A DNA stretch of 64,000 nucleotides from assembly GCA_051294375.1 (NCBI GenBank), contig CM119263.1, positions 20,612,115 to 20,676,114 on the forward strand, read 5' to 3'. Positions 1 through 12,309 of the stretch are shown here, one piece after another; position 1 is the stretch's first letter, and every line of letters begins with the position of its first letter. A program made the translations under genes and the position numbers. This DNA comes from Paraspadella gotoi. Lineage: Eukaryota; Animalia; Chaetognatha. The notes beneath the pieces were generated by a model, which saw only the letters and a list, made by a program, of their open reading frames with translations, was not told the origin of the DNA and ran no database searches.

Positions 1-10
1 AGCCCCTGCA

Positions 11-623
11 CAGTAAGGCGTAGTAAAATTTCTAAATTTAACTTTAATTAAATTCTAAAAGTGAGGAACGAACAATATTATACTAATGAAACATTTATGT
101 ATAAAAAAATTTTACAATTACGCAGTAGGCCATATTTATACTAGTACTAAATCCAATAAATGTTAAAATTTCAAAACAGTTTTTTCTAAGATTTTTTTGG
201 CAGATTTGGATTCGTCATAAAAAGTTGTTAAAAAAGAAATATAACTCTTTTTAAAAAAATTCTTCATTAAGTGGATCAAAAATGAGAAAAAAACTATATT
301 TTAAGCTGAAAATTAACTTTTTATATATTAAATATAGTTTTTGTAATTTTTAACCACTTAATGAAAAGAATTTTAAAAAATAATTTATATTTTCTTTTAT
401 AAACTTTTGACGAGGAATTCAAATCTGCAATCAAAATTAAAAAAAGCCTATTTTGAAATTTTTTCGATTTTATAAGGATAGTACTAATATATAAATATAG
501 CCTACTGCAAAAAATTAAAAAACATAAAATTAATTTTTTTTACAAATTAATGTTTACCTGATGGTATGTTGTTCATAATTGACCTTTAGAATTTTCGTAC
601 GTAACTTTCACTACGCCTTACTG
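11..623. mobile_element. Non-autonomous CACTA/EnSpm(CMC)-type MITE, family A, copy 1 (in MORC2 intron)
   Basis: TIRs CAGTAAGGCGTAGT...ACTACGCCTTACTG with 2-bp TSD CA. Near-identical copies at 11258-11874 and 16110-16727. Confidence 0.8.
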
Positions 624-777
624 CACAAGCCAGCTGCAGAAATTACGTTTGTTTCTTTCCCCTATGATTATGAATCAGTGACTAGGGGAAAGAGAGAGGG
701 AGAGAGACATGTAATTAAAAGATAAAAGAGAGTGAGAAAGAAATATGAAAATAAAAGAGAAAATTTGTTTGTTTTTG

Positions 778-995
778 ATAAAAGTGTTACAATATCGTTG
801 CAAACGCTAAGCGATTGCGACGATAATAATAATAATAATAATCTTTAAAGCAATAGATTGAAAGAATCATTACAGCGACACTCCCTCCTGTAATATATAA
901 TTTGGAACGCCGACGACGACAACGACGACGCCACTTATGCGCAAAAGTGTTACAATATCGTCGCAAACGCTTAGCGATTGCGACGATAAAAAATT
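778..995 (-). mobile_element. Two 5'-end fragments of a DINE-1/HINE (non-autonomous Helentron)-like family 3
   Basis: Duplicated ~55-bp block. The minus strand reads TTTTTATCGTCGCAATCGCTAAGCGTTTGCGACGAT (T-run, sub-TIR, inverted copy), followed by (GTC)n. Confidence 0.5.
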
Positions 996-1081
996 TTAAT
1001 GTTTCAATTTCAATATTTTCTTACAATAAGCATTAGTTATCTCTCCTATAATACAGATGAAAATTCAATCTTAAAACTGAC

Positions 1082-2644
1082 CTGCATGGTCCGAACTTTG
1101 ACCTTGTCTTCTTTTTTGATCGATTGACCGATGCGCTTTTCAAGGTCGCGCGCTTTCGACTCGGCCTCGCTGGCCTAAACAATAATAACGAAGCGAAGAC
1201 AGTAAGAGAAGATTAAAAAACCGAACGGAAAGATGGCGCACTTTTTAACTCTACTCACCTTTGCGTTAGCGGCTCTTTTCTCTTCCTCCGCCTTTCGAAC
1301 ATCGTCTTCGCTCCTCTTCTTAAATCTCGCCGAGGAATATTTGTAAGACTTCAGCCGATAGAGGGTGTCGAAAAGTCGTTTCGTTCTAACCTAAATGTAA
1401 ATCAGGATTACGATAATTATCATTAATATTCAACGACAAGATTACACTTCAAACCTTTTTATTGTTGATGTAAACTTGCATGACTGGGTCAAGGTACAAA
1501 ATCGACGTGTACGCTCTAAAGCTTTTCCGTTCCGGAGCAAGGTCTTCGTCCGGGTCCATGTCCGTGACGTCCGGCTTTGTTAAGATGATGTCGTGAGAAT
1601 CCGACGTAACGTCTGCGTGACATCAGCGGTAAAAAGTTGTCAAATTCACAAGATAACAAGTCTTGTAAATATTCTCACCGAGTTCAGGGTCGCCGTTGTC
1701 AAGCAATTTGACGTTATATATGCATACGAGCGTGCCGTGAGTACCTTTGATGAGATCAAACTGCTTCAGCAACTCCTCTTCGTTATGAAAGGGGGAATAC
1801 TTCAAAATAATTGACATTTCCATTTGGTGTTTGTCTGATAACAAAAAAAGGATGCACGCTCACGGAGGAAAACTAAAATCATTGTTGCAATCTCATTCCT
1901 ACCGATATCATATTTTCCCCGAGCGATAGACTTTTTGTTTTCATCGAAGGAAGGCATAGGAACAATTACCTACAATTATCGAAAATCCGATCATTAATAG
2001 GAATTCTCAGGTTTTTTAACTTCTCAAACACATTACACATTGTGTAATACACAAGTGTCAAGTACCTCTTCGATGGACTCTTCCTCGTGAAATGTTCGAG
2101 AGAGAAAAACCATCGTCATCCTGGACGAATATATTTCAAGCCAACTTTACGCATTAAAATTTTTATTCTAAATTCAAAATCCCATCAAAAACTGACTGGT
2201 TATTTCTCTTGGTAAAGAGAATAAAGTCGTTCCCAACTCGCATGGAACCAGACTTGAGACCGTTGCCGTATTGACCGATGTATTTAGCGTCGCCCGTTCT
2301 CTTGCTACTCTTCCCAAAGGTGATGATGTTGGCCGCATCTTGGGAGTCCATTCCTTCCCCATTGTCTGTAAACGGAGAGGGGAACAATGAGTTGATCGAG
2401 GTCTCGTTCTCATTATCCTTCGCCTAACATAACAAAACCCACCGAGAAAGCAGAGCATGTAGCCGCCTCGCAGGTCCGTGTCGTTGACGGAGTAGATATC
2501 GAGTCGCTTGGCCTGCGCGTCTCTGGCATTGTCGACGAGCTCGGCCAACGCTCCAAACAAGAACTCGTGGGTCGTAGAGTTCGTGTGCAGATACTCGTAG
2601 GAGAGTTGGGCGCGGTTCAGGTTGTTATACTCCGGATGAGCCAT
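1082..2644 (-). CDS. MORC2: MORC family GHKL ATPase (MORC2-like), first 8 exons; the gene continues off the left edge
   Basis: [77 protein letters not shown]. All introns I traced are GT-AG and keep the frame (exon 1 2443-2644, exon 2 2197-2365). Confidence 0.95.
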
Positions 2645-2917
2645 GGCATAGCTCGGAGGGGCCCGGACAGAAGATCGTTAAAGACTTAGTTCCGCTAAAG
2701 TTTAATTATTGTCTTCAACAAGAATGTTACATATTGAAAAGGTTCAATATCTTTCAATTATAACAATTAGCTCATCCATGGCAAAACTGTAAAAAAGCAG
2801 ATTCGCAAAAACAAGGAATTTTATCGAGAGAGTGGCGGGTGGGGGATGTCAATTAGGGAAACAGAAATTGAAGAGAAAGTGAACAGTTTTTAACGAACTA
2901 GAAAAAAGAAGGCGTTA

Positions 2918-5900
2918 TCAGTCCCAGAATTTGATGACGCCGTCCCAGCCGGCGGTGGCAATCTTGGACGTCTCGTGCGGATGCCACAAGGCACCGATAC
3001 AGACTCCATTGTGAGCCTTAAACTTGGAGTAGAGTCTCGAGGTCTTCCAGTCCCATATGAAGAGCTTGCCGTCGGCGTCACCGGAAATAAGGTACGTCAT
3101 GTCGGGCGAGAAATCGATTCCACAAGCGTATCCGGCCACCATGTGACCCTTGAAAGTCTTCTTGCGGTGCCACTTAAAGCGATTCAGCACGTTGAAGATC
3201 ATGATGTTGTTGTCCATGGATTGACAAGCGAGCCATTTCTGAAAGTGAAAACGATTACATGTACTATTCATTTCAATTTTATTGACTAACTGGACAGGAT
3301 AATCCAATTCTAGATCAAACCTGGTTGGGCGAAAGCACAGTAAAAGGCATAGAGTGCATCGAAGGATCCGCCAAATACTTGAAGTCGACGGGAATGTCCC
3401 ACTCCCAAACTCGGAGACTCTTATCATCGGAAGTCGAGACGAAGCGCCGGTTGTTGTCAACGAAAGTGATAGTGTTGACCGCGCCTGTAAGCAGTTTTAT
3501 CATAATCATTAACTAAATAAGGCAATAAAATTACAAAACAATAAGATTAATTATTATAATAGATTGCCTAGAAATTCCGTTACCCAGATGCCTGTCGTAT
3601 TCTTGCACAATCTCTCCGCTTCTCGTGTCCCAACAGAGAATTTTCTTGTCCGAAGTTCCGCAGACAAAGAGATGTTGCTTGTCGTCGTCGGGATTAAACT
3701 TGACGCAATAGGGAACTTTTCGCGAAGAGAATCGAGAGATGCACTCTCCGGTCTCAGTGTCCCATAATTTGCAAAATCTACAAAATATAAATGAAACAGT
3801 AATTAATTTACGCTTAAAAAATTCCATCCATTTTCCCACCCCAAATTCCGCCTTACCTGTCGTACGACGCGCTGAGAAACTGCGTTCCGTCGTTGTTGAA
3901 ACAGACATCTCTGACCGCTTGTTTGTGGCCAGAGTAGGTCTGAATGAGTCGCCGCTTGTTGTAGACTTCCCATAGTTTGATCTTTGTGTCCATAGAACTG
4001 GACAAAAGCAGATGAGCCGTTTTGGGAAACCACCGAATGGCGCTCACGCCTGGAAAGTATGGATAAAGCATCCATCATTAAAATCTCACCAATCTCAAAT
4101 CTCACAATACATAATTTAAATCTCCACCACCATGCGGGATTCCTCCCACGCGGGATTCCTCCCATGTAGGATTCTTCCCACACAGGATTCCTCCCACACG
4201 GGATTCCTCCCACTAGGGATTCTTCCCACATGGAATTCATCCCACACAGAATTCCTCTTACAGGAATTCCCATGTTGGATGAATTCCCATGTTAGACGAA
4301 TCTTGCGTGGAAGGAATCCTGTGTGGGAGGAATCCCGTGTGGGAGGAAACCCGTGTGGAGGAATCCTATGTGGGAGGAATCCTATGTGGGAGGAAACCCG
4401 TGTGGGAGAAATCCCATGTGGGAGGAATCCCATGTGGGAGGAATCCTGTGTGGAAGGAATCCTGTGTGGGAGGAATCCCATGTGGGAGGAATCCCATGTG
4501 GGAGGAATCCTGCGTGGGAGGTATCCTGCATGGGAGGAATCCCATGTGGGAGGAATCCCGCGTGGGAGGAAACCGCGTGGAGAGGAAACCCGGTGGAGGA
4601 AACCCGCGTGGGAGGAAACCCGCGTGGGAGGAAACCCGCGTGGAGGAAACCCGTGTGGGAGGAATCCTATGTGGGAGGAATCCTATGTGGGAGGAAACCC
4701 GTGTGGGAGGAATCCTGTGTGGAAGGAATCCTGTGTGGAAGGAATCCTGTGTGGGAGGAATCCCATGTGGGAGGAATCCTGCGTGGGAGGTATCCTGCAT
4801 GGGAGGAATCCCATGTGGGAGGAATCCCGCGTGGGAGGAATCCCGCGTGGGAGGAATCCCGCGTGGGAGGATTCCCGCGTGGGAGGAATCCCGCGTGGGA
4901 GGATTCCCGCGTGGGAGGAATCCCGCGTGGGAGGATTCCTGCGTGGGAGGAATCCTGCATGGGAGGAATCCTGCATGGGAGGAATCCTGCATGGGAGGAA
5001 TCCTGCATGGGAGGAATTCCGCGTGGGAGGAATTCTATGGGGAGGAATCTCGTATGGGAAGAATCCCGTGTGGGAGGAATTCTATGGGGAGGAATCCGTA
5101 CGGGAGGAATCCCGTGTGGGAGGAATCCCGTGTGGGAGGAATACCACGACCACCAATTCAAATCTGCCAAATTTTCGTATCTATTTCTTCTCCCACCTTT
5201 CGTGTGTCCCTCCCATGTGTGCAATAGCTTCTTCGGCAAAAAGCATTTGGCAGGAGGGTCTTCGCTCCTAAGATTGACGCCGACGTCTTGCGGGGCGTGG
5301 AGGAAAGATCGACCCAAATAGTCTTTCGGATCCTGGTTTCATAATAAGTCCAAAAACGATTGAAAAAATTGAATTAAATTAATTAATAAATTAAATTAAA
5401 CTAAATAGGCGACCTTACCTTGATGTGAAGAGTAACTTTTTCCTCCGCGGAGACGGCTTCGGTAAACTTCCCTCTCTTCCCCGCGCGCTTGGCGAGATAT
5501 TCGTCGAGCTCCTTCTTCTCTTCCTCGGTGGGCTTAGATACTGTCTCCTCGTTCTCGTACTTTGCCCACGGGCCTTTCCAACCTGATGTCGTGAGTAAAC
5601 GAAGTTCAAAATTTTAATCTCAATAAATCTCGAGAAGTATTGATAATTTTATTAAAATTTTACCCTCAATATCGGAAGGGTTGTCGTTTTTCTCTTTCTT
5701 CCTCTTATCTCCAGGTCGCAGCGTCGCTTTTTCGAAAACCGTAGGAAATTCGACCGACGTCCCTGATAATAAAGTTGGGTCATAAGCAAAAACTGAAAGC
5801 TTGGCAGGGCAAGCTTCGCAAGATAAATTACCGGATTTTTCTGTAGCAGACTGGATAGCCCTGTGCACAGCTCTGTCCGAGGGTTCCGCTTCGGGATCTT

Positions 5901-6546
5901 TGTATTTTGAAAGTTGCAAATCGGTTACCACCTTGTTTAGCGTCTGGTTGGCGCCGACGGTGGGATCGACTGCTTGTCCATAGCTGTGGAAGGTGCGCCA
6001 CTGATTCTCGAAGTGGAAGTCGTTGAAGTGGGCGGGTTCGACGAAGCCTATTTTGACATTGTGGGAGGAAGGAAGATAGTAGTTATTACAAGTTCGAGCC
6101 CGATCAATTTGATTAAGATGATTATACCCGAATGCATGTTTTTGTCTGCTTTGGCTTGTTGCGTCTTCATGGGATTGTCGGGTCCGACCATGGGACTGAA
6201 AAGTTCATCGTATTTGGGATTGTGCATGACCTGAAATTGTATAGCATATTTCAAAAACAAACAGTTTAATTTCATAACCTTCTTTTTTTACCTCTTTCGT
6301 GCCCGGCGCAATAGGAACAATATCAGTGATGGCATCGGCCAATTCAACTTCGGGGTTTGAGCAGACATCCAATGCCACCCCGGTTCCCTTGACACCGCTA
6401 CCAGGAAGTGGGCGTGGTTTTTTGACGGGTTTCAAATGAGCGGTGTATTCCTCTTTCCGCTTGGGGTCTATACTCGGGGCTGGTTCTTCTGTCTCGCTCT
6501 CGTCAGAGTTTGAATCGTAGGATTGGAGAGCCAATATCGAAGCCAT
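2918..6546 (-). CDS. CDC40: Pre-mRNA splicing factor PRP17/CDC40 (WD40), multi-exon
   Basis: [12 protein letters not shown] start, [62 protein letters not shown] stop at 2918. GT-AG introns join in frame. Confidence 0.95.
4131..5142. repeat. 16-bp GTGGGAGGAATCCYRY minisatellite with an orientation switch (foldback), in CDC40 intron 4051-5197
   Basis: Dozens of tandem units. About 4131-4290 is in reverse orientation (ATTCCTCCCAC) and about 4295-5142 is forward. Confidence 0.9.
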
Positions 6547-6789
6547 TGTTTCACAAGTTTTAAAATTCACGAAAAACCCTAATATGTAGTGAGAAAATAA
6601 AAGCAAATATGGTAATTGTGGCTTCATTCGTAAGCGTGACACGGAAAACTGTGGAGAATCAACTAGTACCGATCAAGTATAAAAATGTAAGCAATTCCCA
6701 TAACTATTTCTGGGACTAATGATAATAACAGCAATTACACGAAACATACAGCTAATATATAATACTAAAGCAAGGGAACTCCCCGATAA

Positions 6790-9042
6790 TCAGCGATTGG
6801 ATCGCTTCTTATTAGCCGCAACTGATTTATCCAATGATCTGGTATCGTTGAAGGGCCTAAGCGGCCCCCGGTGCGGCTTGTATTTGAGGCTCTTCTTGAG
6901 GCTCTCCTTCAAATCGAACTTCTTGATAGGCTTCTCGGAGGCGCCAGATGGCGTCGCCGTAAATTTGAACACGCTCTGCCCGGGATCGGCGTTTCCAAAG
7001 TTGAAGCTGGCTTTGAATGGCTCCGATACAACGCCGGCGGGACGCCACGGAGAAGAGCGCGAACCGGAACGGGATCCCGGCGTCTCAACTTTGACTCGAG
7101 AACCCGGCGTGATCGTAGCTTTGGAGGCTGAAGGAGGCTGCGAATTAGAAGCCGCACTCGAGCTCGTCTTCGAATTCACTTTCGGTCGCTTAGATGCATC
7201 CTTCACCTTCCGTTTGGAAGGTAGAGCCGTCGAAGCGGCCTTCCTCGCCTTCAAGGACGCCGCTCTGCAACCGGCAGCGTCGAGTTCAACCGCCTTTCGC
7301 TCTAAAGGCGGGCGCGTTGACTTCAAAACAGGAAGGGCGGAGACGGAAATAGCGGATGAGCTGCCCGACGAAGAGGACTTCGCTGCCGCCATTGAAGCAA
7401 AATCGAAATTGATATTCTTCGTAGAAAACACAGTGGGCGCGAAGACGCCGGGACTAGGCCGTTCGGACTGGGAAGACGGCTTCGACGGGAGAACTCGACC
7501 GGGCAACTTGGTCGGCTTGGGAATCTGTCGTCGAATTCGCTGGGGCGGCGCTATTTGACGCCGAATATCACGATTCGGCGCCCCGCGAATTCTCTTGACT
7601 CTCGGTTCGGACGAGAGCGACTTTGCCGTTGAAGCTACGGGCGAATCTATGCGGATTCTCTTGACCGGCGCCGATTTTTGTGCGACGCCTATTGTCAGCA
7701 CTTTTAAAGCTCGAGCGGGATTCGCTACTTTATTTTCATTTTTCAGGACATCTCCAACCACACTTTTGGCATCCGCATCCGTTCCAACTTTCTCCTTTTC
7801 GTCGTTTTTCTTATTCTCAGCTGTGACGTTCGAAATGTTGGCCGACATATTGGCCGACTTCTCGCCTCTTTCTCCGCCTCCAAATTTCAATACTCTGTCT
7901 GAGCAGACGGTGGCGGACATTGACCGATTATTCGTCGACGCCGAGACCTTTACGGCGCTTTTTTGAAACTTCCCGGCGCTCTTGTGAATCTCCTCGGCAC
8001 GTTTGCGTTTTCGTGCGTAAAAGTCGACTAAGCTCTCCATCCCTTTCTCTTGGTTTTGGTGACTTTTATCGTATCTCTTGGATGCCGACTTGGCTGCCTC
8101 GGTGACGGGGCGATCGACAGAGGACGTTTCGACGACGACGGGATGAGGATCTGCGGAGGCGATGGACGCCATGATACGCGCCTTTAGCTCCGAATCGGTC
8201 AGTCCTTCGGTGTCGTCCATCAATATGCTGAAATCCGTTTCATCCGAAAAAGCGACGAATTTGGAGACTTTCTCCGATTTCTCTGCTTCCCCGTCGATCG
8301 TTGGAGTCACGAGGGATTCCGACGACGGGGATTCCAACTCGAAGGTACGTTGGCGACGCAAGGTCGGTTTGGCTTCAGCCTTTGGAGTTGGCTTTACTGA
8401 AGAGGACTTCAGTTCGACCGAGGGCGTTTTCTTCTGAAAGGTACGCTGGCGCCGCAAGCGCGGCTTAGTTTCCACCGTCGGCGTTTCTTTCTCAAAGGTG
8501 CGCTGGCGTCGCAAGCGAGGCGTAGGTTTCAGCGTCGGCGTTTCTTTCGTGTTTTGGCGCCGCAAATTTGGATTTTCCACATTAACGAGCTGATCATTTT
8601 TAATAGTGCCTCGACGCTGTAGCGATGGTCTGGAAACGAGAGGAGTTTCCATTTTGGAAGGTCCGCGTCGCGCACGACGGGCAGAGGAAAGAGGATCGGC
8701 CATCGTTTTGTCGCCTTCATCTTCTTCCTCAGACATAAAAGCGGACATATCTTCGGGCACCGGGTGGCCCGACTCTTCGTCCTCGGAGAGGAGAGGATCG
8801 GCCAGGGTCTGGTCAGCCATCTCAACGGCCCGAGGCCCGCGCCTTCTCGTCACGTTGGCCGGCGTTTTCGTGGGTAGGGATGGCGTCGTTGGCGGGGGAT
8901 GATCCGAGGTCGACGGACAGACGCTCACCCGCTTTAACTCATTACGAAGGTCCTCGGCCTTGGCGTTGGCTTTGATGCCGAAGCTCCTCGCCAACTTTTG
9001 AAGATCCCCGTATTTTAGTTTAGAAAATTCGTCTTCTTCCAT
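6790..9042 (-). CDS. NUSAP1: NuSAP/NUSAP1-like nucleolar and spindle-associated protein, 750 aa, single coding exon
   Basis: N-terminal SAP-like LKYGDLQKLARSFGIKAN, central MESLVDFYARKRKR, C-terminal KFDLKESLKKSLKYKPHRGPLRPF. All three match NuSAP conserved blocks as I recall them. Confidence 0.8.
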   Translation of the reverse strand: MEEDEFSKLKYGDLQKLARSFGIKANAKAEDLRNELKRVSVCPSTSDHPPPTTPSLPTKTPANVTRRRGPRAVEMADQTLADPLLSEDEESGHPVPEDMSAFMSEEEDEGDKTMADPLSSARRARRGPSKMETPLVSRPSLQRRGTIKNDQLVNVENPNLRRQNTKETPTLKPTPRLRRQRTFEKETPTVETKPRLRRQRTFQKKTPSVELKSSSVKPTPKAEAKPTLRRQRTFELESPSSESLVTPTIDGEAEKSEKVSKFVAFSDETDFSILMDDTEGLTDSELKARIMASIASADPHPVVVETSSVDRPVTEAAKSASKRYDKSHQNQEKGMESLVDFYARKRKRAEEIHKSAGKFQKSAVKVSASTNNRSMSATVCSDRVLKFGGGERGEKSANMSANISNVTAENKKNDEKEKVGTDADAKSVVGDVLKNENKVANPARALKVLTIGVAQKSAPVKRIRIDSPVASTAKSLSSEPRVKRIRGAPNRDIRRQIAPPQRIRRQIPKPTKLPGRVLPSKPSSQSERPSPGVFAPTVFSTKNINFDFASMAAAKSSSSGSSSAISVSALPVLKSTRPPLERKAVELDAAGCRAASLKARKAASTALPSKRKVKDASKRPKVNSKTSSSAASNSQPPSASKATITPGSRVKVETPGSRSGSRSSPWRPAGVVSEPFKASFNFGNADPGQSVFKFTATPSGASEKPIKKFDLKESLKKSLKYKPHRGPLRPFNDTRSLDKSVAANKKRSNR

Positions 9043-11257
9043 CGCTGCAGCAAAAAGTAAACAAAGTGGGTCAGGTTTTCAAAAATAGTTACATTGAAAT
9101 ATGAAACAATTCAAAAACTGTTTTTAATATTTGAATTGTTATGGCTTAAGCACAAAGTTAACAAACAAAAAATAAAATATCACAGCTTCGCTTTTTAGAG
9201 AGCAATATTTTTTTTCTTTAAATCAACCGATTCACAAACGGCCAAAACATTTTTTTCGGCCGACTAACGCGCCATCTGTTATGGCGGGTAAACTCTTCTC
9301 TATCCTACATAAGAAAAGGAGAGAAACTAAGGGGAATAAATGAACAAAACTCAAACAATAAGTAGTTAAACATATTGCGCTGGAACACTGGAACACGAAC
9401 TATTTCAAATTTTATACAACTAAATAACTTTTAGACTTTTTCGGTATTTAAATAACTAACAAAAGTAGGAAAATAGTCAATAGAAATCTATTTGTACGAA
9501 AGGAAAAAAAAATTAAGAGGCAATACAATACCATAAACTACGAGTTAAATAATTTAGAAGCGTTTACGACACAATGAAAAATGGCGTAACGTTACTGTTC
9601 CGTGCATAAAAAAAATTCACTGTTCAATATTATTATATCTATTTTTATTTTTTGAAAAGTTATAGTTTCATATGTTGATATCCAAAATATCAATGCAAAA
9701 TCTTTTTTTGTTTTTTAGATATGACTGAATATAGGGTAAAAGATGATAAATTTTATTAAAAAGTTACTTATTCATATTTATTCATAGAATTGTAATAGAA
9801 AAAAAATAATAGTACCAATAGTTAGTATTATGTCTCAAATTGATGGAAAAAAACCTTATTTAAAAATTCGATCGGGAAGTGGGGTAACTAAGGCTTATCA
9901 ATAGCATCCTCCACGCCAATTGTTCTCTCAAATAATTTTTTTTATTTAATACATAAAAAAAAAAAAAAAAAATCGGAATGCAGGTTGTACAAAGGGTACA
10001 GATAATCTGGATTTACTGACATGATAAACATAACCTTTTATATCTTGTGAAATGGGGGTAGTAAAAAAATCTAAAAAATTTGATCATTAAGTCAGTCAAT
10101 GAACCCTTTCCAATGGGCTATTACGAGAAATATTTTTTCTTAATTAAAATGGATGATAAATTCCTTGCTATATTTAAAAGAAAATTATCAATACAATTTA
10201 ACACAATGATGTCTTGCTTTATCAAATATGTTGCCAGCTATATCATTTTTTAAAACTATTATGATAAACAAGCAGTGTGTCAAGCTTTTAGTTTTCAGTT
10301 AAAGATAATGAAAAATGATGATTTTTTTTACAGACAAGAAGGTAGATGACCAGGCTGTTTATTAGGCCGCAACAGGTTGAAAACTAGAAGTTCTCTCAAA
10401 TAAATAATGGTAAAGTGACTTAAAAAATATAAAAATAAAAATAATTTTAAAAAATTATCTTATTAATAAGCGCACGGAAGCATTTAAAGATTATTTTATT
10501 ATTATATAAAGTTAAAAATTGTTTTTCAATTTTTCAATTTTTTTTAATGGATTCTGCGCAGGGGAGGGCAACCAAGCCTGCACAGCAGCATACGTGGCCG
10601 AGACAGGCAAGTCTCTGACAGATCGATTCCAGCAACACACAAAGCCTTATCGTGATGCCCGAGGTCACTACTTGTCAGCAATTGCCGAACACTCGGCAAA
10701 TACAAACCATCTGTTCAGAGAATCAGACTGTCTCGTGCTGTCCCATGACCCGAACTGGTTCTCAAGAGGTATTAGAGAAGCAGTCTACATCAAAGCTCTC
10801 GAGCCCTCTTTGAACCGTGATGGAGGACGATTCGATCTCCCTCCAAGCTATGATTCGCTTATCAAAAGTGGTGAAGGCCCCGCCTCCACCACGTCGGCAC
10901 AATGATTCTCCTACCTCCACTCAACGAGGCAGGCGGAGACCCTTGCGCAGGCAATGGACAGGCGATGCCTCTCCTTCTAATGCAGGAACTCAGTCCCTCT
11001 CTCTGTGGACCGAGCGTCGCCCAAAACGACGGCTGCAGGAGGAAGGAGAGGAGTCCACCACTCCTGCCGCAAAAGCAGCAAGAATGGACACCCACCTATC
11101 TCACCAGCAGGTGAGAAGAGGGCAGTCAGCAAGCGTAACAGGCCAGAGAGACATAAGAATAGCACTAGGAATGTTCCCACAAGGAACATTCCCCAGCCCG
11201 GCATTTACCAGCTCAGTAACACTCTCCTCTCAACCATTGACGCGCTAATGACCTGAC

Positions 11258-11874
11258 CACTAAGGCGTAGTAAAATTTCTAAATTTAACTTTAATTAAAA
11301 TTCTAAAAGTGAGGAACAAACATCATTATATTAATGAACATTTATGTAATAAAAAAATTTATAATAAATTTTACAATTTACGCAGTAGGCCATATTTATA
11401 CTAGTACTAAACCAATAAATGTTAAAATTTCAAAACAGTTTTTTTTTTAATTTTTTTTGCAGATTTGGATTCGTCATAAAAAGTTGATAAAAAGAAATAA
11501 CTCTTTTTAAAAAATTCCTTCATTAAATGAGTCAAAAATTAGAAAAAGCTATATTTTAAGCTGAAAATGAACTTTTTATATATTAAATATAGTTTTTTAA
11601 TTTTTAACCCAATTAATGAAAGAATTTTTAAAAATGATTTTTATTTTCTTTTATCAACTTTTGACGAGGAATTCAAATCTGCAATCAAAATTTAAAAAAA
11701 AACCTATTTTGAAATTTTTCGATTTTATAAGGATAGTACTATATATAAATATAGCCTACTGCAAAAATTAAAAAACGAAATTAATTTTTTTTTACCAATT
11801 AATATTCACTGATGGTATGATGTTCATAATTGACTTTTAGAATTTTCGTATGTAACTTTCACTACGCCTTACTG
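11258..11874. mobile_element. CACTA-type MITE, family A, copy 2
   Basis: CACTAAGGCGTAGT...ACTACGCCTTACTG with TSD AC. Removing the element and one TSD restores colinearity with the uninterrupted Penelope copy near 56880. Confidence 0.85.
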
Positions 11875-12265
11875 ACCACATCGTCCATGTCTCTCCTTTG
11901 CTACAACCAAGGGGGGCCAGCTCATTTTGAGCTCTATCTTATCTTTTATATTTCATCCTTTCTTCTTTAACTTAATTATCCCTAACAAATGTAAATTTTT
12001 CTCATTTGACATTTCAAATTCTATATTTAATTTAATTTATTATTTAGCTAATTGTTATCATATTACCTCTCTCTCTCTCTCTCTCTCTCACTCTCTCTCT
12101 GTTTAACCATTTCACTTTCTTTTCAAAACTCACTCTATCTGTCCTTGCCTTCACCTATCCTCACCTCTGAACACTATTCTGTCTCACCACTTTGTTAGAA
12201 ACTTTAGCTCTGTCTCTCTCTCTCTCACACACATTTACTTTTGCAAAAGTTTTTGATAGTCTGTC

Positions 12266-12309
12266 AAACACTGATTAAGGCTCGAACAAGTGTCGAAACA
12301 TGTCTGTTT
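12266..12309 (+). ncRNA. Minimal type-I hammerhead ribozyme of the Penelope pseudo-LTR (core variant CUGAUUA, probably inactive)
   Basis: AAACA-CTGATTA-AGGCTCGAACAAGTGTC-GAAA-CATG-TC-TGTTT, with stem I AAACA/TGTTT and a palindromic stem III. Confidence 0.7.

Noticed and set aside
4131-5142. CRISPR-like array
   Set aside because: The units are contiguous with no unique spacers, there are no cas genes, and the context is eukaryotic.
4116-5321. Long overlapping ORFs in all six frames
   Set aside because: They arise from a stop-free 16-bp minisatellite inside a CDC40 intron.
1082-6546. Non-canonical introns
   Set aside because: All MORC2 and CDC40 junctions I traced are GT-AG and in frame.
6719-7558. 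279-aa plus-strand ORF and similar ORFs opposite NDUFS2, TRAF3IP1 and RBM15
   Set aside because: These are antisense shadows of GC-rich coding exons.
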